Of a stretch of DNA of 64,000 nt, positions 12,574-27,000 are shown one piece after another; positions within the stretch are counted from its first letter, which is position 1; the number at the start of each line of letters is the position of its first letter. A program made the position numbers and the translations under genes. The notes beneath the pieces are model-generated. The model was not told where the DNA came from. It searched no databases and worked only from the letters and a program-made list of their open reading frames with translations. Source of the DNA: Antedon mediterranea (Eukaryota; Animalia; Echinodermata); contig NC_092671.1 in the NCBI RefSeq assembly GCF_964355755.1, positions 17,422,001-17,486,000 of the forward strand. Reading direction: 5' to 3'.

Positions 12574-15094
12574 AGTAGATTCTTAAATGTAGTTTGGTAT
12601 ACCTAGTTTTTTCCATAATCAAAGGGAAAATAGATATTTTTACTTTCTATATGTAATTTCAATACTTTTTAGGCGGCAAAGTACTTTCATATTTTAATTT
12701 CAGTACTATTCAGAATTAGAAAAAATGTCAATATACAAAGCATCAATATTGTAAAATGTCTATTCTTTAATGGACTCCCTGTGCTACAGTTCTCTTAGAA
12801 TTGATTAGTAAAAAGGTCTGAGTAAGCAATGGATGCAAGTATACTCAATTAAATGCCATAAACAGTGCTTATTCGAATAGGAAAGCCGTAATGAGATGTC
12901 GAAGAGTACATATGGAAAAGGTTGCCACTGATACAGCTGTTACTGTACAACCTAGTTTTGATCTATCTGTTTTTATTTAGCTTTTAAAGATAAAAATCAT
13001 AAAACCTGGTCACTATTTAAAAGATTGTCAACTTTACATTCTAAATAGATTTTATATTGAAAAAGAATAAATAAAGGTATTTGAAAATTGTTATTATGTG
13101 AGTAATAGTAATTGTATTATCATAACACTGTAGTAATTACAAATAGCGTGATTATAAATGAGCAACTATTTTATAGTGTAGGCCGTATAATAACCTTTAA
13201 ACGATATTGAATATTTGATCATAACCTAGTGTAGGTATTACCAATAGCTATGAATAAGCCTATTTCTTACATTTAATTTTGTTTATACAGTTTATCGGCT
13301 TCAATTGAAAATGTTTGTGTGTACAAAAGACCTATACATACACTGGACACAAACATGGTCACAATTATTGAACAGATAAATATTTACAAAAGCAGTGGAT
13401 TGGTGTTGCATCATAAATTCTATTTTCTACCCACATATTTCAAATAAATTCAAGAAATCTTTTTTCCACAGCTGTACTGTACAGTAGGCATTTGAATATT
13501 GCAAACCATGAATTTTATTGATTGTTCAAAACTGTGTTGTTATAATACTATGTGTTATTGCCATTCCTACATACTGTACATACAGAAATATAGTATTTAC
13601 GTGAACAAGTTTGAGACGAGACAAATAAATTATTGCGATAAAATGAATTTGAAATAAGATTCATAAGTAAAGTAGGCTGGGTCATACTCAATGATTTGAA
13701 AAAAAAGTGATGATCAAAATACTTTACTTTTAATGGTATAGTACTGTACAGATAGGCCAGCATAAGCTAGACATACAGTAGAGTAAATAATAATAATAAA
13801 GTACAGTAGTAGGCTGAGTTGCACACAGATGCCAGTGGAGGATCCAGGATGTTTAAATAGGGAAGAAGGGGATGGAGACCCAGGGCTAAAAATGGCGAAA
13901 TGAAATAAGCCAAGCTTAAATGATGTCCTACAGTATCTGTCTGCATTACAATCTTCAAAAGATGACTTCCACCCTACTTTTCAACCTGCCCCTAGATTAA
14001 AAAAAATGATATCTCTCTCTAAATATGCCCTTTAAGCCTGTTTTAATTATCCACAAGCCCAATATCATCGTGGGATAGGCATGTGTTGGAGATCTGTGTC
14101 ATATTGCTTATGTCCTTTATGCAAGATGCGTTTCTCTTATTACCTCATCTTTTGGATGTAACATAAAGCCGTTGGTTGCATGTACATACAGTACAACACA
14201 CATGTACATGATAAAAAACTTTGTACTGCATTGTAAAGAGAATGGGATTGTCTCTCAGTTTACTGATTGTGATAGGTGTTATAAAGATGAAAATGAAGAA
14301 TACTGTAGGTAATACTAGATTTTATATATCAAAAACCAGACCACATTATTTGAAAAATAGTATTGCCTTTTAAGCATACTGTTACTACTGGTATAACATA
14401 TTGCTGCAATATACTTTTTCGAGTATATCTCCCTCTTTGGGCTTATCTAGGTAAGCCAGGCACGAAATAGACTATATAATCACAGAAATATTTGCGTAAA
14501 CTACTGTACTACAGTACTACTACTATGAACTTGATATGATTGGGAGGGTTAATATGTGAAATAATTGAATATAAACAGCCTGACATATTTGCACTTATAA
14601 ATATTAAAAGTATAACAGTACTGTACATATACTAGTGAAAACAAATATTAATTATCAGTGTTTGTTTCAGAGAGAACAGGTGGATCTTAGTGCCTATTTG
14701 TTCAGCAATATGTGGGTAAGGTTTAATAAGAACATTACAGTAGTTATTTAATAAGCATGTAATATGTTTCCTGTTTACGTTTAAATTGTTTACAGTAGTA
14801 CTATATACAATCTTTAGTAGGATACAAATAGGTGGCAAGGAGGTTCATACTACTGTAGCAAAAACAATGGGTTTTGGTGGTTGTATTTTCTAAAACATTA
14901 TGAAAAAAAATTCTTCAATTAGACAGAAGATGTTGCATGAAGAATATACTGTAAAGCTGCAACGTTTATTAAAGTCATTAACAAATTGAGGAAATCTTAT
15001 GATGAGTCCTTAATCCAATAGATAAATCACCTCTGTGATAACATAAATTAAAGCATGTATGCTACAGCAAAGCTTGTGAAAAGTATAATATTAC

Positions 15095-15135
15095 CTGGTC
15101 AATAATGGCGACATCATTTCACGATCAACAAACAT
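15095..15135 (-). CDS. Candidate short alternative first coding exon (MFVDREMMSPLLT, phase 2)
   Basis: Three in-frame ATGs, then CAG|GTAATA donor; short enough to arise by chance. Confidence 0.3.
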
Positions 15136-15388
15136 TCATAGTATTAAAGACGTCACTCTATCAAGAGGTTATGAGTTTAGCCTTATAACATAACGTAACT
15201 AGTTCAATGCACGATTAAAATGATCAATAATTTTGCAAGTGATTGATGACTGGTGGTTATTTTACCTGAACCTCACATAAAACATGAAGGTTGTTAGGTT
15301 CAAATCCCATCCAATTCAGATTTAATGTTGTTTGAATATGCACATTTGTCTTTGTAATGGAATACCACTGTGCATTGTAAACTCTTTA

Positions 15389-15568
15389 AGGCCAATTTAC
15401 ACAGACGAGCGGTAACGGTAAGCAGAAAAACATGTAGCTTGTCCCACATAGAATCTGTATCTATCTTGAGTTGAAACCGCCCGTCCGTGTTGTGTGTAAA
15501 TGGGCATAAGGACTAACATAGATTCAATATTTATATTACCGTCACCGCTTGTCTGTGTAATTTGGCCT
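15389..15568. mobile_element. Harbinger/PIF-like MITE (family B)
   Basis: ~33-bp imperfect TIRs AGGCCAATTTACACAGACGAGCGGTAACGGTAA / TTACCGTCACCGCTTGTCTGTGTAATTTGGCCT; TTA on both sides. Confidence 0.8.
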
Positions 15569-17400
15569 TTATTCATGCCCTTCCATGTCTCAAAAAGATA
15601 TTATGATTTGTGGGATGCACCTGAGGGTATGTTCCAGTTATGCAGAGGGGTGTTTAATGAACTTTATTTCAAGTTATATTGCTCCTTAAGGAGAATAAGC
15701 CATTGTCGGTTTATACAGCTAGGTATGAAATAGAATATGCTCTTTATTTCAATAAAATTCTTTCTTGTACATTGGCAAAATTTAAAGAGGAGAGAAAATA
15801 TATATATATTTGAAGAGAAGAGAATATATATAAATACCATTCATTCAAACAGACAAAGGAAATATCCTTTCAATATGCCATACATTTTAATTGATATTTT
15901 CTAACACATATGTTTATATATTTTTGTTCACATATTTTCTACAACCTTCCCTCCATCAAAGCCAACAGAACATACTGTATGAATTTATATTGTAAATGAG
16001 TGAATGATTTACTAATCCACGAAACTCGAATGTTTTAAGTCATGAACAGTGTTATAATTATCACTTAAAATGTTACATCACAAATGATTAAAACTTAATG
16101 AGAAACATCCTGCTAATTAGCAAAATTCAAATGACATCCGAAACAATCCAACCTAAAAATGTACAAACTACACACACATCTAATGTTCAAAAGAATATTT
16201 AAATTTATTATAGTTTTTATCCAAATACATATTCATCAACAAATAAAATAATGTAACTTTTTGTTTTGATTTACTTGGCAGGTGTTTCCGATAGGGGTGC
16301 TCAAAAGATGTTCTTCTTTTCGTAAATGTATCCTCTCTCCAGGTACTGTAAGCTCTCTAGGCATGATTTAGAGGACCATTGTTACTTTTGGGAGGCAGGA
16401 TGAAAAATGAGATAAAGGAGGGATAGGTGGAGGAGGGCTAATATCAAAGAGGAATAAATTTGATACAGAGAAGCAAGAATGAGAGAATTTTTTTTTTTGG
16501 GGGGGGGGATAGCGACTGCAGGTGTAATTATAATATTTCAATACAAGTATTAGTACCTGGTATAAATTATTTACACATTTTAATGTGTAAATAAATTGAT
16601 CACCCTATAATATATAGTTACTGGTAATGTAATGTTCTATCATTTAAGTTATTATATGTACTATTATGTATTTTTAATATTGGTTTGATAAACGGAAATG
16701 ATCAATCACTACATAGTGTTGATTACAGTACATTTTGACTGTATGAAAAATATTACATAACATTTTACAGATATCATTCGGTACGGCTATCTTGTTGTAA
16801 TACTAGACAAACATGTGGTTGTCCTTCATACAGGTATTAAAATAATAGGATCAGAATTACTTTCTTCCTTTATAATATGTTTTGGAAGTGCATGCAATAG
16901 TACTACTAAGCCACTTCAAACTAAGTGTTTAAATTCAGGATATTATTCAAACTCTCCAAATAAAAAAAAAAAACAGTTTTATCGTTAATACAAAACTACA
17001 AACAAATCACATTTTCGTTGACCTCATACATACTATACAGTAATTAGACTTTACTGTATCTCAACTTTAAAACCACTTTTGAGGTGTCATGGCTACTTTC
17101 TATCTTGGCCTTACCCTAAATTATCAATTGCTTTTATCAGATTTTCAACCAATCATTAACACCGATATAAGCTAAAACTTCCTAAAATTAATCTTTTAAT
17201 ATTTCAACTTCTACAGTATTCTGACACTAAGAATTAAAAAAATGGTGCACTGGTTATTAACATATTATTTCATATATATCTTTCATAGTACATTTCGTGT
17301 GATGTAGAGGTGAAGGACGAGTATACAGTTGAGTACCAACCACACCCTTTTTTGCACCTTATTATCTTATAAGCCACTGCGAATTAAAGGCTACCTGTAA

Positions 17401-17586
17401 AGCTTTGTTTACACTATCAAACTTTATGTGCCAAAAATTGTAATGCCCATATATACTTTATGGACATGATGATGTCATATCATTACAATATTTAAGCATA
17501 TCACTACCATATTTAAGCATATCACTAACATATTTGGGAACATCACACTTTTTTGGTCAAACTAGTTTAATGGTGTAGACAGAGCT
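17401..17586. mobile_element. Harbinger-like MITE family A, copy 2
   Basis: AGCTTTGTTTACACTATCAAACT...AGTTTAATGGTGTAGACAGAGCT with TAA target duplication (17398-17400, 17587-17589). Confidence 0.85.
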
Positions 17587-17714
17587 TAAGAAAAAGGTGT
17601 AGCGATTCTTTAATGTGGTTTGGCTGAATCTGATCATTCTGTTTTCCATGTGCTATACTATAGTATACCGTAAAAATTGCAGGGATTATAAAGCACTAAA
17701 AAGAAGTAGAAAAT

Positions 17715-17920
17715 GAGATGTAGTTTGGTGGTTAACATGTTTGTCTTCTAATCCCAAGGTCCGGGGTTCAATCATGAGTGCCAGGGTTGTAACTCACGAC
17801 TTGTTTAACTCAATTCCCCAAGCCTCAAGTGAGACTTAGCTCATATTGCAAGGTAAATTATTAAATAGTTTATCCATCCTGTAAATGGTAAGTTACTCGC
17901 TGTTGGACGCGTAAGAAAAA
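17715..17920 (+). mobile_element. tRNA-derived SINE
   Basis: A-box-like TAGTTTGGTGG (17721), B-box-like GGTTCAATC (17765), A-rich tail; related copy at ~39305-39460. Confidence 0.65.
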
Positions 17921-18957
17921 AATATATAGCCAACATTAAGAGCTCAACTTTGTTCCTAGACAATTATTAACAAATTTTCTGGGTATAAACAAACTTACTC
18001 TTTTGCATAGCAAGTAAAAATAATAGCACCAGTTTCTACAATACTATCATCAGACTAATTTAAATGTATAAAATCTCACTATAGTATAAGAATAGTTTTG
18101 TAAAACTAGTTGATGTGTGCACCTTTAAAAAACCTTTAACTGTTCTATAGGGTGGTTCTATTGAGGTTATACAGTATAATTGCTCCATTGGGACCATCCC
18201 TATTAAGGGGGAACGTTGGTGTGTCCTGAAAATATCCCCTGAGTAGGAGTTTTACTGTATGAGTTTCTACTGCGCTGTTTTAAATTATTCATACACTGTA
18301 TATACAGTAACACTGAACATATAACATATTTGGCATGACATTCTACTTGCTAAGACTTTAACTCTTTCACGGATCAGTATTTTGGAATACATTAACATAA
18401 TGAAGGTAAAGATCTGTGTGCGAACCACTCATTTTAGCTTCTTAGTTATTAGTATTAAGGATAGAAATCCCATTTGAATAGAGATAAAGACAAAACATGG
18501 TCCTAATTTTGGGACAGAAGTAGTAGTTGAATTCACAACATCTACTCTTTCATTGCCATTCATAAAAATATTCCCAAATACTTTAACCTAATATTTTAAG
18601 TACAGTAATTTATTTTTTACTATGAATTTCTAAATTTAAAAATCCAATAGGTTAAAAAGTTTAAAATACAAAGCTTCCTGTTAGAATTGTCTTGGATAAA
18701 AACAAGAGTATTAAGAATTTAGATCAAGATAATCTGCTGTCCCAAAAAAATAAAATCATCATGAAGAAGAAGTGGCAGAAGATGTCAACAGTAATCACAT
18801 AGGCTTTGATGACCTAGAATTTAACAGATCCATCACAGACTGATCATACATTGTCCATTGAAGTTTATATACAAAGACTATTGTTAAATATAATTGAAAG
18901 ATTACTAAATTGAATTACTTTGAGTTCTATATTCCCTTCTGGAGAAGTGATCATAAC

Positions 18958-20398
18958 TGAGTGATTACTCCAAGTTCGAGTCATAACTCGTATTATGCAA
19001 TGTCAGTGATTACTCCAAGTTTGAGTCATACCTCATACCTACAGTATTTATTTATTTTACCTTATTTTATTTCAACAATATTTTACGAGGGTCCATCCAG
19101 CCAAAGCTGATCATTAGGGACCCTCACAAAATATGCTGCAATGTCAGTGATTACTCCAAGTTTGAGTCATAACTCGTACCTACAGTATGCTGCAATGTCA
19201 GTGATTACTCCAAGTCTGAGTCATAACTCGTACCTACAGTATGCTGCAATATCCGATTGATTACTCCAAGTTCGAGTTTGTACCTATGCTTATGCAATGT
19301 CAGTGATTACTCCAAGTTTGAGTCATAACTCGTACCTACAGTATGCTGCAATGTCAGTGATTACTCCAAGTCTGAGTCATAACTCGTACTGTACCTACAG
19401 TATGCTGCAATATCCGATTGATTACTCCAAGTTCGAGTTTGTACCTATGCTTATGCAATGTCAGTGATTACTCCAAGTTTGAGTCATAACTCGTACCTAC
19501 AGTATGCTGCAATGTCCGAGTGATTACTCCAAGTCTGAGTCATTACTCGTACCTACAGTATGCTGCAATGTCAGTGATTACTCCAAGTCTGAGTCATTAC
19601 TCATACCTACAGTATGCTGCAATGTCCGAGTGAATACTCCAAGTCTGAGTCATTACTCATACCTACAGTATGCTGCAATGTCCGAGTGATTACTCTAAAG
19701 TCTGAGTCATTACTCGTACCTACAGTATGCTGTAATGTCAGTGATTACTCCAAGTCTGAGTCATTACTCATACCTACAGTAAGTATGCTGCAATGTCCGA
19801 GTGAATACTCCAAGTCTGAGTCATTACTCATACCTACAGTATGCTGCAATGTCCGAGTGATTACTCTAAAGTCTGAGTCATTACTCGTACCTACAGTATG
19901 CTGTAATGTCAGTGATTACTCTAAGTCTGAGTCATTACTCATACCTACAGTAAGTATGCTGCAATGTCCGAGTGAATACTCCAAGTCTGAGTCATTACTC
20001 ATACCTACAGTATGCTGCAATGTCCGAGTGATTACTCCAAGTCTGAGTCATTACTCGTACCTACAGTATGCTGTAATGTCAGTGATTACTCCAAGTCTGA
20101 GTCATTACTCATACCTACAGTATGCTGCACTGTCCGAGTGAATACTCAAAGTCTGAGTCATTACTCATACCTACAGTATGCTGTAATGTCAGTGATTACT
20201 CCAAGTCTGAGTCATTACTCATACCTACAGTATGCTGTAATGTCCGAGTGATTACTCCAAGTCTGAGTCATTACTCATACCTACAGTATGCTGTAATGTC
20301 AGTGATTACTCCAAGTCTGAGTCATTACTCATACCTACAGTATGCTGTAATGTCCGAGTGATTACTCCATGTCTGAAGTTTGTACCTATGCTTATGCC
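18958..20398. repeat. Minisatellite of 54/56-bp units, roughly 25 copies
   Basis: Unit GTGATTACTCCAAGTCTGAGTCATTACTCRTACCTACAGTATGCTGYAATGTC(CG)A; explains ORFs 19504-20361. Confidence 0.97.
19047..19131 (-). mobile_element. LINE/SINE 3' tail fragment inserted in the minisatellite
   Basis: Minus strand GAGGGTCC...GGACCCTC stem followed by an AAATA-rich tail; splits one unit at ACAGTAT/ATATGCTGCA. Confidence 0.6.
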
Positions 20399-20847
20399 AG
20401 GCTGTACCAAACCTTTTGCCACATCTGTACTATTTCAAAGACTATTATGTGAAAAACGAGAATATACAATTATAAAATTGGTTTATATTGTTACCGTATA
20501 TAAAAATATACGTAAGTATACTGCAGTCGTATACCATTTAAAAAAATGTTAGAATCAATGATATTTTTTGTTCTGTGTTCAAAATATGTTTTCTGAAAAA
20601 TATTTCAGAAATATCATGTAAATCATGTCATGTCATCTTTTTTACTTTGCATTGGTTAAATAAATTATCTCTAAAAAAAATTTTTTTCTGAAAATATCAA
20701 ATATACTTTCATGTCATAAACAAGAAATAATGAAAAAAACATGAGGTGATAAACACAATAATTAAAATTTTAGACAAATATTTATTTAAAAAAAAATTAA
20801 TACTCTTATTAAGATTAATTTCTACAATAAAAGCATGTTCATTGCAT

Positions 20848-20957
20848 CGTTAATTTATTACAGTAATTGGTTTACGTTAATTTATTACAGTAATTGCTTT
20901 GCGTTAATTTATTACAGTAATTGCTTTGCGTTAATTTATTACAGTAATTGCTTTGCG
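20848..20957. repeat. 27-bp tandem repeat, 4 copies
   Basis: Unit CGTTAATTTATTACAGTAATTGCTTTG. Confidence 0.95.
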
Positions 20958-23064
20958 GTAATTTTGACTGGTTTTGTTATTATTTTGCTAATGTTATTCT
21001 TATTCAGTTTATCAAATTGTTAATGCTAATGTTTACCGCAGCGTTCTGATTTGACCTTTTAGAAGGTTAGTGGGTCGAACTTGCTCTGTAGAAAAACGAG
21101 TACAATCATAATTAGTTTATGTTAATAAGATTTGATCTTAATTTTGACACAGAGTATTGGTTGATCAATGGTGTGAAATAAATTTTACAAAAACATGTAC
21201 CATTTCTTAATATGAATTTTACATTATGATCAGATCTTGTTCATTAATTAACTTAAGTTAAATAGAAAACCATCCTAATACTCTGTATAGAATCAAACAT
21301 TTCAACATACAGTAAATGAATGTCATTAAAGGCATGTTTAAATATTTTAAGGCATGGTCAAAAATATAATTATTTGCCAACTGACTTGTGCAAAATGTGT
21401 GGTTTTGATTTAAAAACTGTCCTGTTATTTAAAAGTTCTCACTTTCAATTTTAGTTGTGAATATTGTCAGACAAACATACAAACCGGATATGAGTGCTAC
21501 TTACCTGGATAAACCGACAATAGCCTGTGCTCAACTGAAGGAGAGCTACTGTACATACTATAAGGAAACATTAGTTTCATCCTCTATAATAAATGGATTT
21601 ACCATTAACCATACCTTCACATGGGCATACCCATACGTACAACCATCATCATTACTTAGATAGGTATAGGCCTAGCCTATTTAGGCATAGGTTTCTAGGC
21701 CAGGCTTTTGATAAACTACGGTAATATACAAACACTAGCTATAGGTCTAATTCAGCATTTTCTCGTTGCTGAAAACATTTTATATGTATATTTTCACTGA
21801 AAAGTTATGGTTTTTCCATTGTTTTCCCTTCACGATATCACACTAAGCAGGTGCATCACAGAAGGAAAACAATATTAATTCATGCATAATGCATGTTGGT
21901 ATTTATAGTGGCCCACTTAAATCATCAGAATATACTTTTTTTCAAAGGAAACATAGTGCTGCCAACAATACCGTGTTGTGTGGTCAGATTGTAACAACCA
22001 AATTGAAAAGCGTTTTTATTTCGTATTTATCTATCGCATTATATTGGATCACAAAAGAAAATTTACTTCTATGTATTTGCCCATGTATTATTCTAACATC
22101 ATAACAATAACATTATTCTTCGACACAGGGTGCCAAAACGACCACAGGGGCTGTGAAAAAATATATACATTATTAAAAAAAAATAATAACATTAATAAAT
22201 ATATATGCATAGAAATATAGGCAGCCGGATATAAACAAGCCCTGAAGGTAGATTTCAACCTTAATCTACATATATTCTTTCTACCAGTACAAATGATCCA
22301 CATTGGCAGATGGTTCACACAAACATTATGGCCAGTACTGTATCAATATGCCTACTGGAGAAAATAAATGTTTAAAAAAACCACAAAAATGAAAGTGAAT
22401 GCTATATTATTATTAGTCAATATATTTGAACAAAATCTTTTTTTCTTCAAATTTAAAAAAAATTCTCGTAATTTTATTGAGAAGACATCAAGCTGTCATA
22501 ATTATTACGGTTTTCTTCTTTTTAAAAGTATTTAAAGAATAATTTATCCATAATATAAACATTTGACAGGTTGCCATGGTAATAACCTATCCAATTAGCA
22601 TCTATTTACAGACATTTGTAGGCCTACTGAAGCCACTTTCATGGATTTACATTTTGTTTTAAACTCTGTTTTACCTTCTGATTGCTCTGTACTCTACACT
22701 ATCATAGAATGTATAGTATCTTTCTGTCAAGAAACAGTATATTGCATTTTAACAGAAAAAAGAAAATAAAAATAGCAAAGAAAAATAAATTCACATAAAA
22801 ATGAATGTACTATAACTTAAGAAGGCCCTCTATAGTTACAACAAATGTTGCTGCATTTATGACTAGTTTTGGCTAAAAGTTAAATATAAATGTATTTAAT
22901 AGTTATTTGGAGAGACAGCTTCTGACATTAGTTATTTTTTGCAAAGATATTAATATTAATGAGATAATTAATAAACCCACTGCTTGTAATATATCTAACA
23001 TCCTGCCTCATTCTATTTTTAGCCAACCTGTTTTAAGTACATTTGATATTGGATAAACCTGTAA

Positions 23065-23215
23065 AGCTCAAAACTAGTTTGACAAATAAAGTATGATGTG
23101 TCCAAATATAGTAGTGATATTCCTAAATATGGTAGTGATATAACATCATCATGTCCATATATGGGCACATCACATTTTTTTTTGTCACATAAAGATTGAG
23201 AGTGTAGACAGAGCT
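23065..23215. mobile_element. Harbinger-like MITE family A, copy 3 (reverse orientation)
   Basis: Matches family core; ends GTGTAGACAGAGCT-TTA. Confidence 0.8.
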
Positions 23216-23648
23216 TTAGGTCTTATATTTCTGTGACCTGAAATGTTCAGTTTATGACTTAACAATCCAAACAATAATATCATTCTTTACCACATTAATT
23301 AATCTAGAGAAGTAGAAAAACAATTTAATTACTAAACCACTAAGTACTCTACACAATAAATAATTATATTAGTCAAGTAGTAAACACTGACTGCCACCAT
23401 TAAACTACTGTAATAATAACTAACTCAGTTTTATTGCCACTTGGAATTTAATTATTGATTACCGATCATGATACATTTGTAAATCAAAATTAAACAATTA
23501 CTAGAATAGCAACATAGTAAATAGACCATGCCCAAGCTATAAATGAAGATGTACTTATTATCATTTCTGTACTCTGACAAGAATATTAACATTAGGGAGC
23601 TTCCGAGTTGCGACAACTGACAAGCTACGAACAAGTACTGTACGCCAT

Positions 23649-24062
23649 GTATTCCTTGCGCACATGCAGGGAATTCAGGCATGGTTCCTCACTGCATTCC
23701 TTGCGCACATGCAGGGAATTCACGCATGGTTCCACAGTATATTCCTTGCGCACATGCAGGGAATTCACGCATGGTACCTCACTGTATTCCTTGCGCACAT
23801 GCAGGGAATTCAGGCATGGTTCCACACTGTATTCCTTGCGCACATGCAGGGAATTCACGCATGGTTCCACCAGTGTATTCCTTGCGCACATGCAGGGAAT
23901 TCACGCATGGTTCCACAGTGTATTCCTTGCGCACATGCAGGGAATTCACGCATGGTTCCAGTGTATTCCTTGCGCACATGCAGGGAATTCATGCATGGTA
24001 CCTCACTGTATTCCTTGCGCACATGCAGGGAATTCACGCATGGTTCCTCACTGTATTCCTTG
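23649..24062. repeat. ~45-bp minisatellite, 9 copies
   Basis: Unit TGTATTCCTTGCGCACATGCAGGGAATTCACGCATGGTTCCTCAC; explains the overlapping ORFs 23608-24127. Confidence 0.97.
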
Positions 24063-27000
24063 ACGTACAATTTTGGTGGTTCCTAGATCAGACGATGACA
24101 AGCAAACCATCAATTCCCAGGTCATAGGTCATCGCAAATTAAAAGCTCTTTTTGGGAAAGGACCTCAGAAAGGTGCAAGCGTACACTATGTACAGTACGC
24201 AAAGTTCAACATTTGTGTAAAGCTAGTTTTACCCTTCTGAACTATGGCCGCTATATAATAGACTACATCATTGATTATTCAGCCTGATTTACAGTAGCAA
24301 TAATTATTTGGATTTAATGGATGGTTGGTATCTTGCCTATTATCTACATTTTTTTACCATGGCTGCATTACAAGTGTCCTTACATCAAAACCAATTACAG
24401 CAAGTACTTCAGCCTTATTGGAATTCTAAATTGATTTTTGCAATCAAAAATTATCGGTAAGGTGATATCTTAAAAAGGATAAAGCATATAAGAGAAGAGG
24501 TGGCAAACAAGTCCACATACACTTTAATAAACAATTAACATAGGAATAAGAGGATGTAGAAATATTTGTTGATGTGTAACTATCAAGGGTCAAGTGGGCA
24601 GTTTGAGATTCGAACACAATATGTGGTGAAAATAATGCCAGCCATACATTTATTATAAAACTCTGGTCAAAATAAAAATTAACATAATTGGTGAATTATC
24701 CAGTATTAATCACTTTACCATAATGTGTTTTAATGTACAGCAGATGCAATTACTTATTAACCATTTTATATAATCTTTATCATAACAAATATTAAATTGT
24801 AAAAACTAGTTTCAACTATTTAATTTATTCAAGAATTCAGCTATTTCTACTGTAAAGCAGATTGAATGTTTTAACACTTCTACTTAAAGAGTAAATTCTA
24901 TAATTTGTCTTACGGTTTAAGATAGTAGACGGCAACATAAAGAACTAAAATATTTTGAAGTGTGAAGTGCCTAAAACAACAATAGATTATACACAGCAGC
25001 GCAGGATACAGATCATGCTATGCTACAGTACAGTAGATACACTTATAATAATCAAACATATGGCCACGTCAATATCTATGATCAGCAAAATTGCGATGCA
25101 GACAGTATCTTCGCTTCTTTGGATAATTTCAAAACAATAACAATTAAGAAACTGAATTATAATTGAAGGTGTAAAATAAGACTTACATCGTGTTGTTTGC
25201 GGCATACTACGCTGTCAAAAGAAATGATGAAAGATCAACGTAACGCTGTTGTTTGATATGTCAAAAGAAAGAGCGTTATTCATATGTATCGTACACTGCT
25301 GCTCAAGAATTTAAAACATGGAGAAAGGATTTTAATTCGGGGCAATAAATAAGCAATAAAATAGAACGGTCGCTAGACATGTAGTGCAGAGTTTAGAAAT
25401 GATATTAGGATATGTATATTATAGTTGCTATGGTCATATAGCATGGGTGGGGAGACAAAGGTAAAATGTCTTAAAAAATACTGAATTCAATCAAATTTTT
25501 TATTATATTATTTGTTATGTTATACACAATACGGTAGTACAGTATCATAAAATAATAGAAATTCTATTTTTATCAAATTCAGGGTCACGATTAAAATGTT
25601 TTCATTGAAAAAATAGTGAAATTTAATAAATATCATGATTAATCCAACATAAAAGAACTTAAAATAAGGAAATTGTTATATGTGACAATGAATAATGAAT
25701 ATGAGATTATTGAACAGTATTTATTTTTGCCTTTAAACACATTACATTTAAAATATGAATGTATGACCTTTAAACAAAATTCAAATAATATTTAAATGTT
25801 ATTTATTTCATTCCCATACAGCAGTGTATTTACTTTAACACTTAAATACTATATTTAAAATAGGGCCAACTCTCTCCAAACAAAACCAGGCTTTATGAGG
25901 TTCAAAAGGTCCAAAAATATTGTTTACCATTAAAAACACATTCAGAATACCAGACTTTCCGGAAACTAGGCATGCTAGATTTTATTACAGGCTAGATATT
26001 AGGCTAGACTGTATAATTTAGGCAAATTTTAATTTTAAACTACATAATGATGGAGGTATAGAATTACCTCTATGAAATGATACATTTTAAAGAATGTTAC
26101 AGTATGTATGCCACTTTCCGTAAATTGAAAGCAAGAATGGGGAAGTTGAATTAAAAAATCAAGCTACTATAATCTTTAATTTTTATCAGTGTTTACAAAT
26201 AGAAATTAAAAATATATGCCTATCAGAAGTTGATTACTAGATTAGCAAAGATCTACACAGAAAAAAATATAATTTCATAAAAAACAGAAATATCTGCCTA
26301 TTTAGTATTAAAAGAAAGATTAAAAGTCAAATAAAATTCTAGGAACAACAGATGATCTACAGTCAAGGTGAGAGTATCAAACGATTTTACATTTTTAATG
26401 CATTAATTTAACCATATTATTTGTCATACCGGTACCTTCTTTTTTTGCCAACTACTGTAGACTACCAACCATCTAGGTCTGTCAGCTTCAGCTTTAACAC
26501 CATACATAAACAGTAGGATACTGTAGGTTATACTGATGTATGTACTGTACTGTACAGTGATTTCTTTTAACTAAATAATTCAGTTGTTCAAGTATGAGAA
26601 TATGGTAAACACTTAATTTTATTCACCTATTTTTAGTAAGGACAGATTTTACACTGAATGGTTTTTGCTCACAAATTAGCAAGTTAAGGTGAAACCAATT
26701 AAAATGATGTAATTATCATTATAGCTGTTAATTGTTTTAACTGTGTTATTACCTATTCAAGGATAGACAAATAACCACTACCAGCTGAGCTCACTAAACA
26801 ATATGAATCTATGGCAACAATCTAAATCTACAGTATGGACGATTTACTATGTACAGTCTGTGCTATTTACAACTAAAAATCTAAAATTTTATTTTTTAAA
26901 TACTCTCCTCTCTTTGTAAGCTCCTCTACGTGTGCTTAAGGGTCCTTCAAAACAGATTTATTTCTATACACATTTTTAAAACACAAACTTTAGTTTTATA

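Noticed and set aside
16275-16364. Another candidate exon of the - strand gene (STWREDTFTKRRTSFEHPYRKHLP or MPRELTVPG...)
   Set aside because: Open frames end in phase 1 or 0 at a weak GTAAAT donor, and the acceptor lacks a pyrimidine tract.
18958-20398. CRISPR-like array or repetitive Cys-rich proteins (ORFs 19504-20361)
   Set aside because: Units are contiguous with no unique spacers, no cas genes, eukaryotic context; the ORFs shift frame with unit length.
21499-21508. ACTTACCTGG resembling the U1 snRNA 5' end
   Set aside because: The following sequence does not match U1; it belongs to a dispersed repeat.
23608-24127. Overlapping Cys/His-rich ORFs in multiple frames
   Set aside because: Artefact of a stop-poor 45-bp minisatellite with frameshifting indels.
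25187-25205. MPQTTR followed by a GTAAGT donor on the - strand
   Set aside because: Phase 1 and only six codons; could be a non-coding exon but is unsupported.
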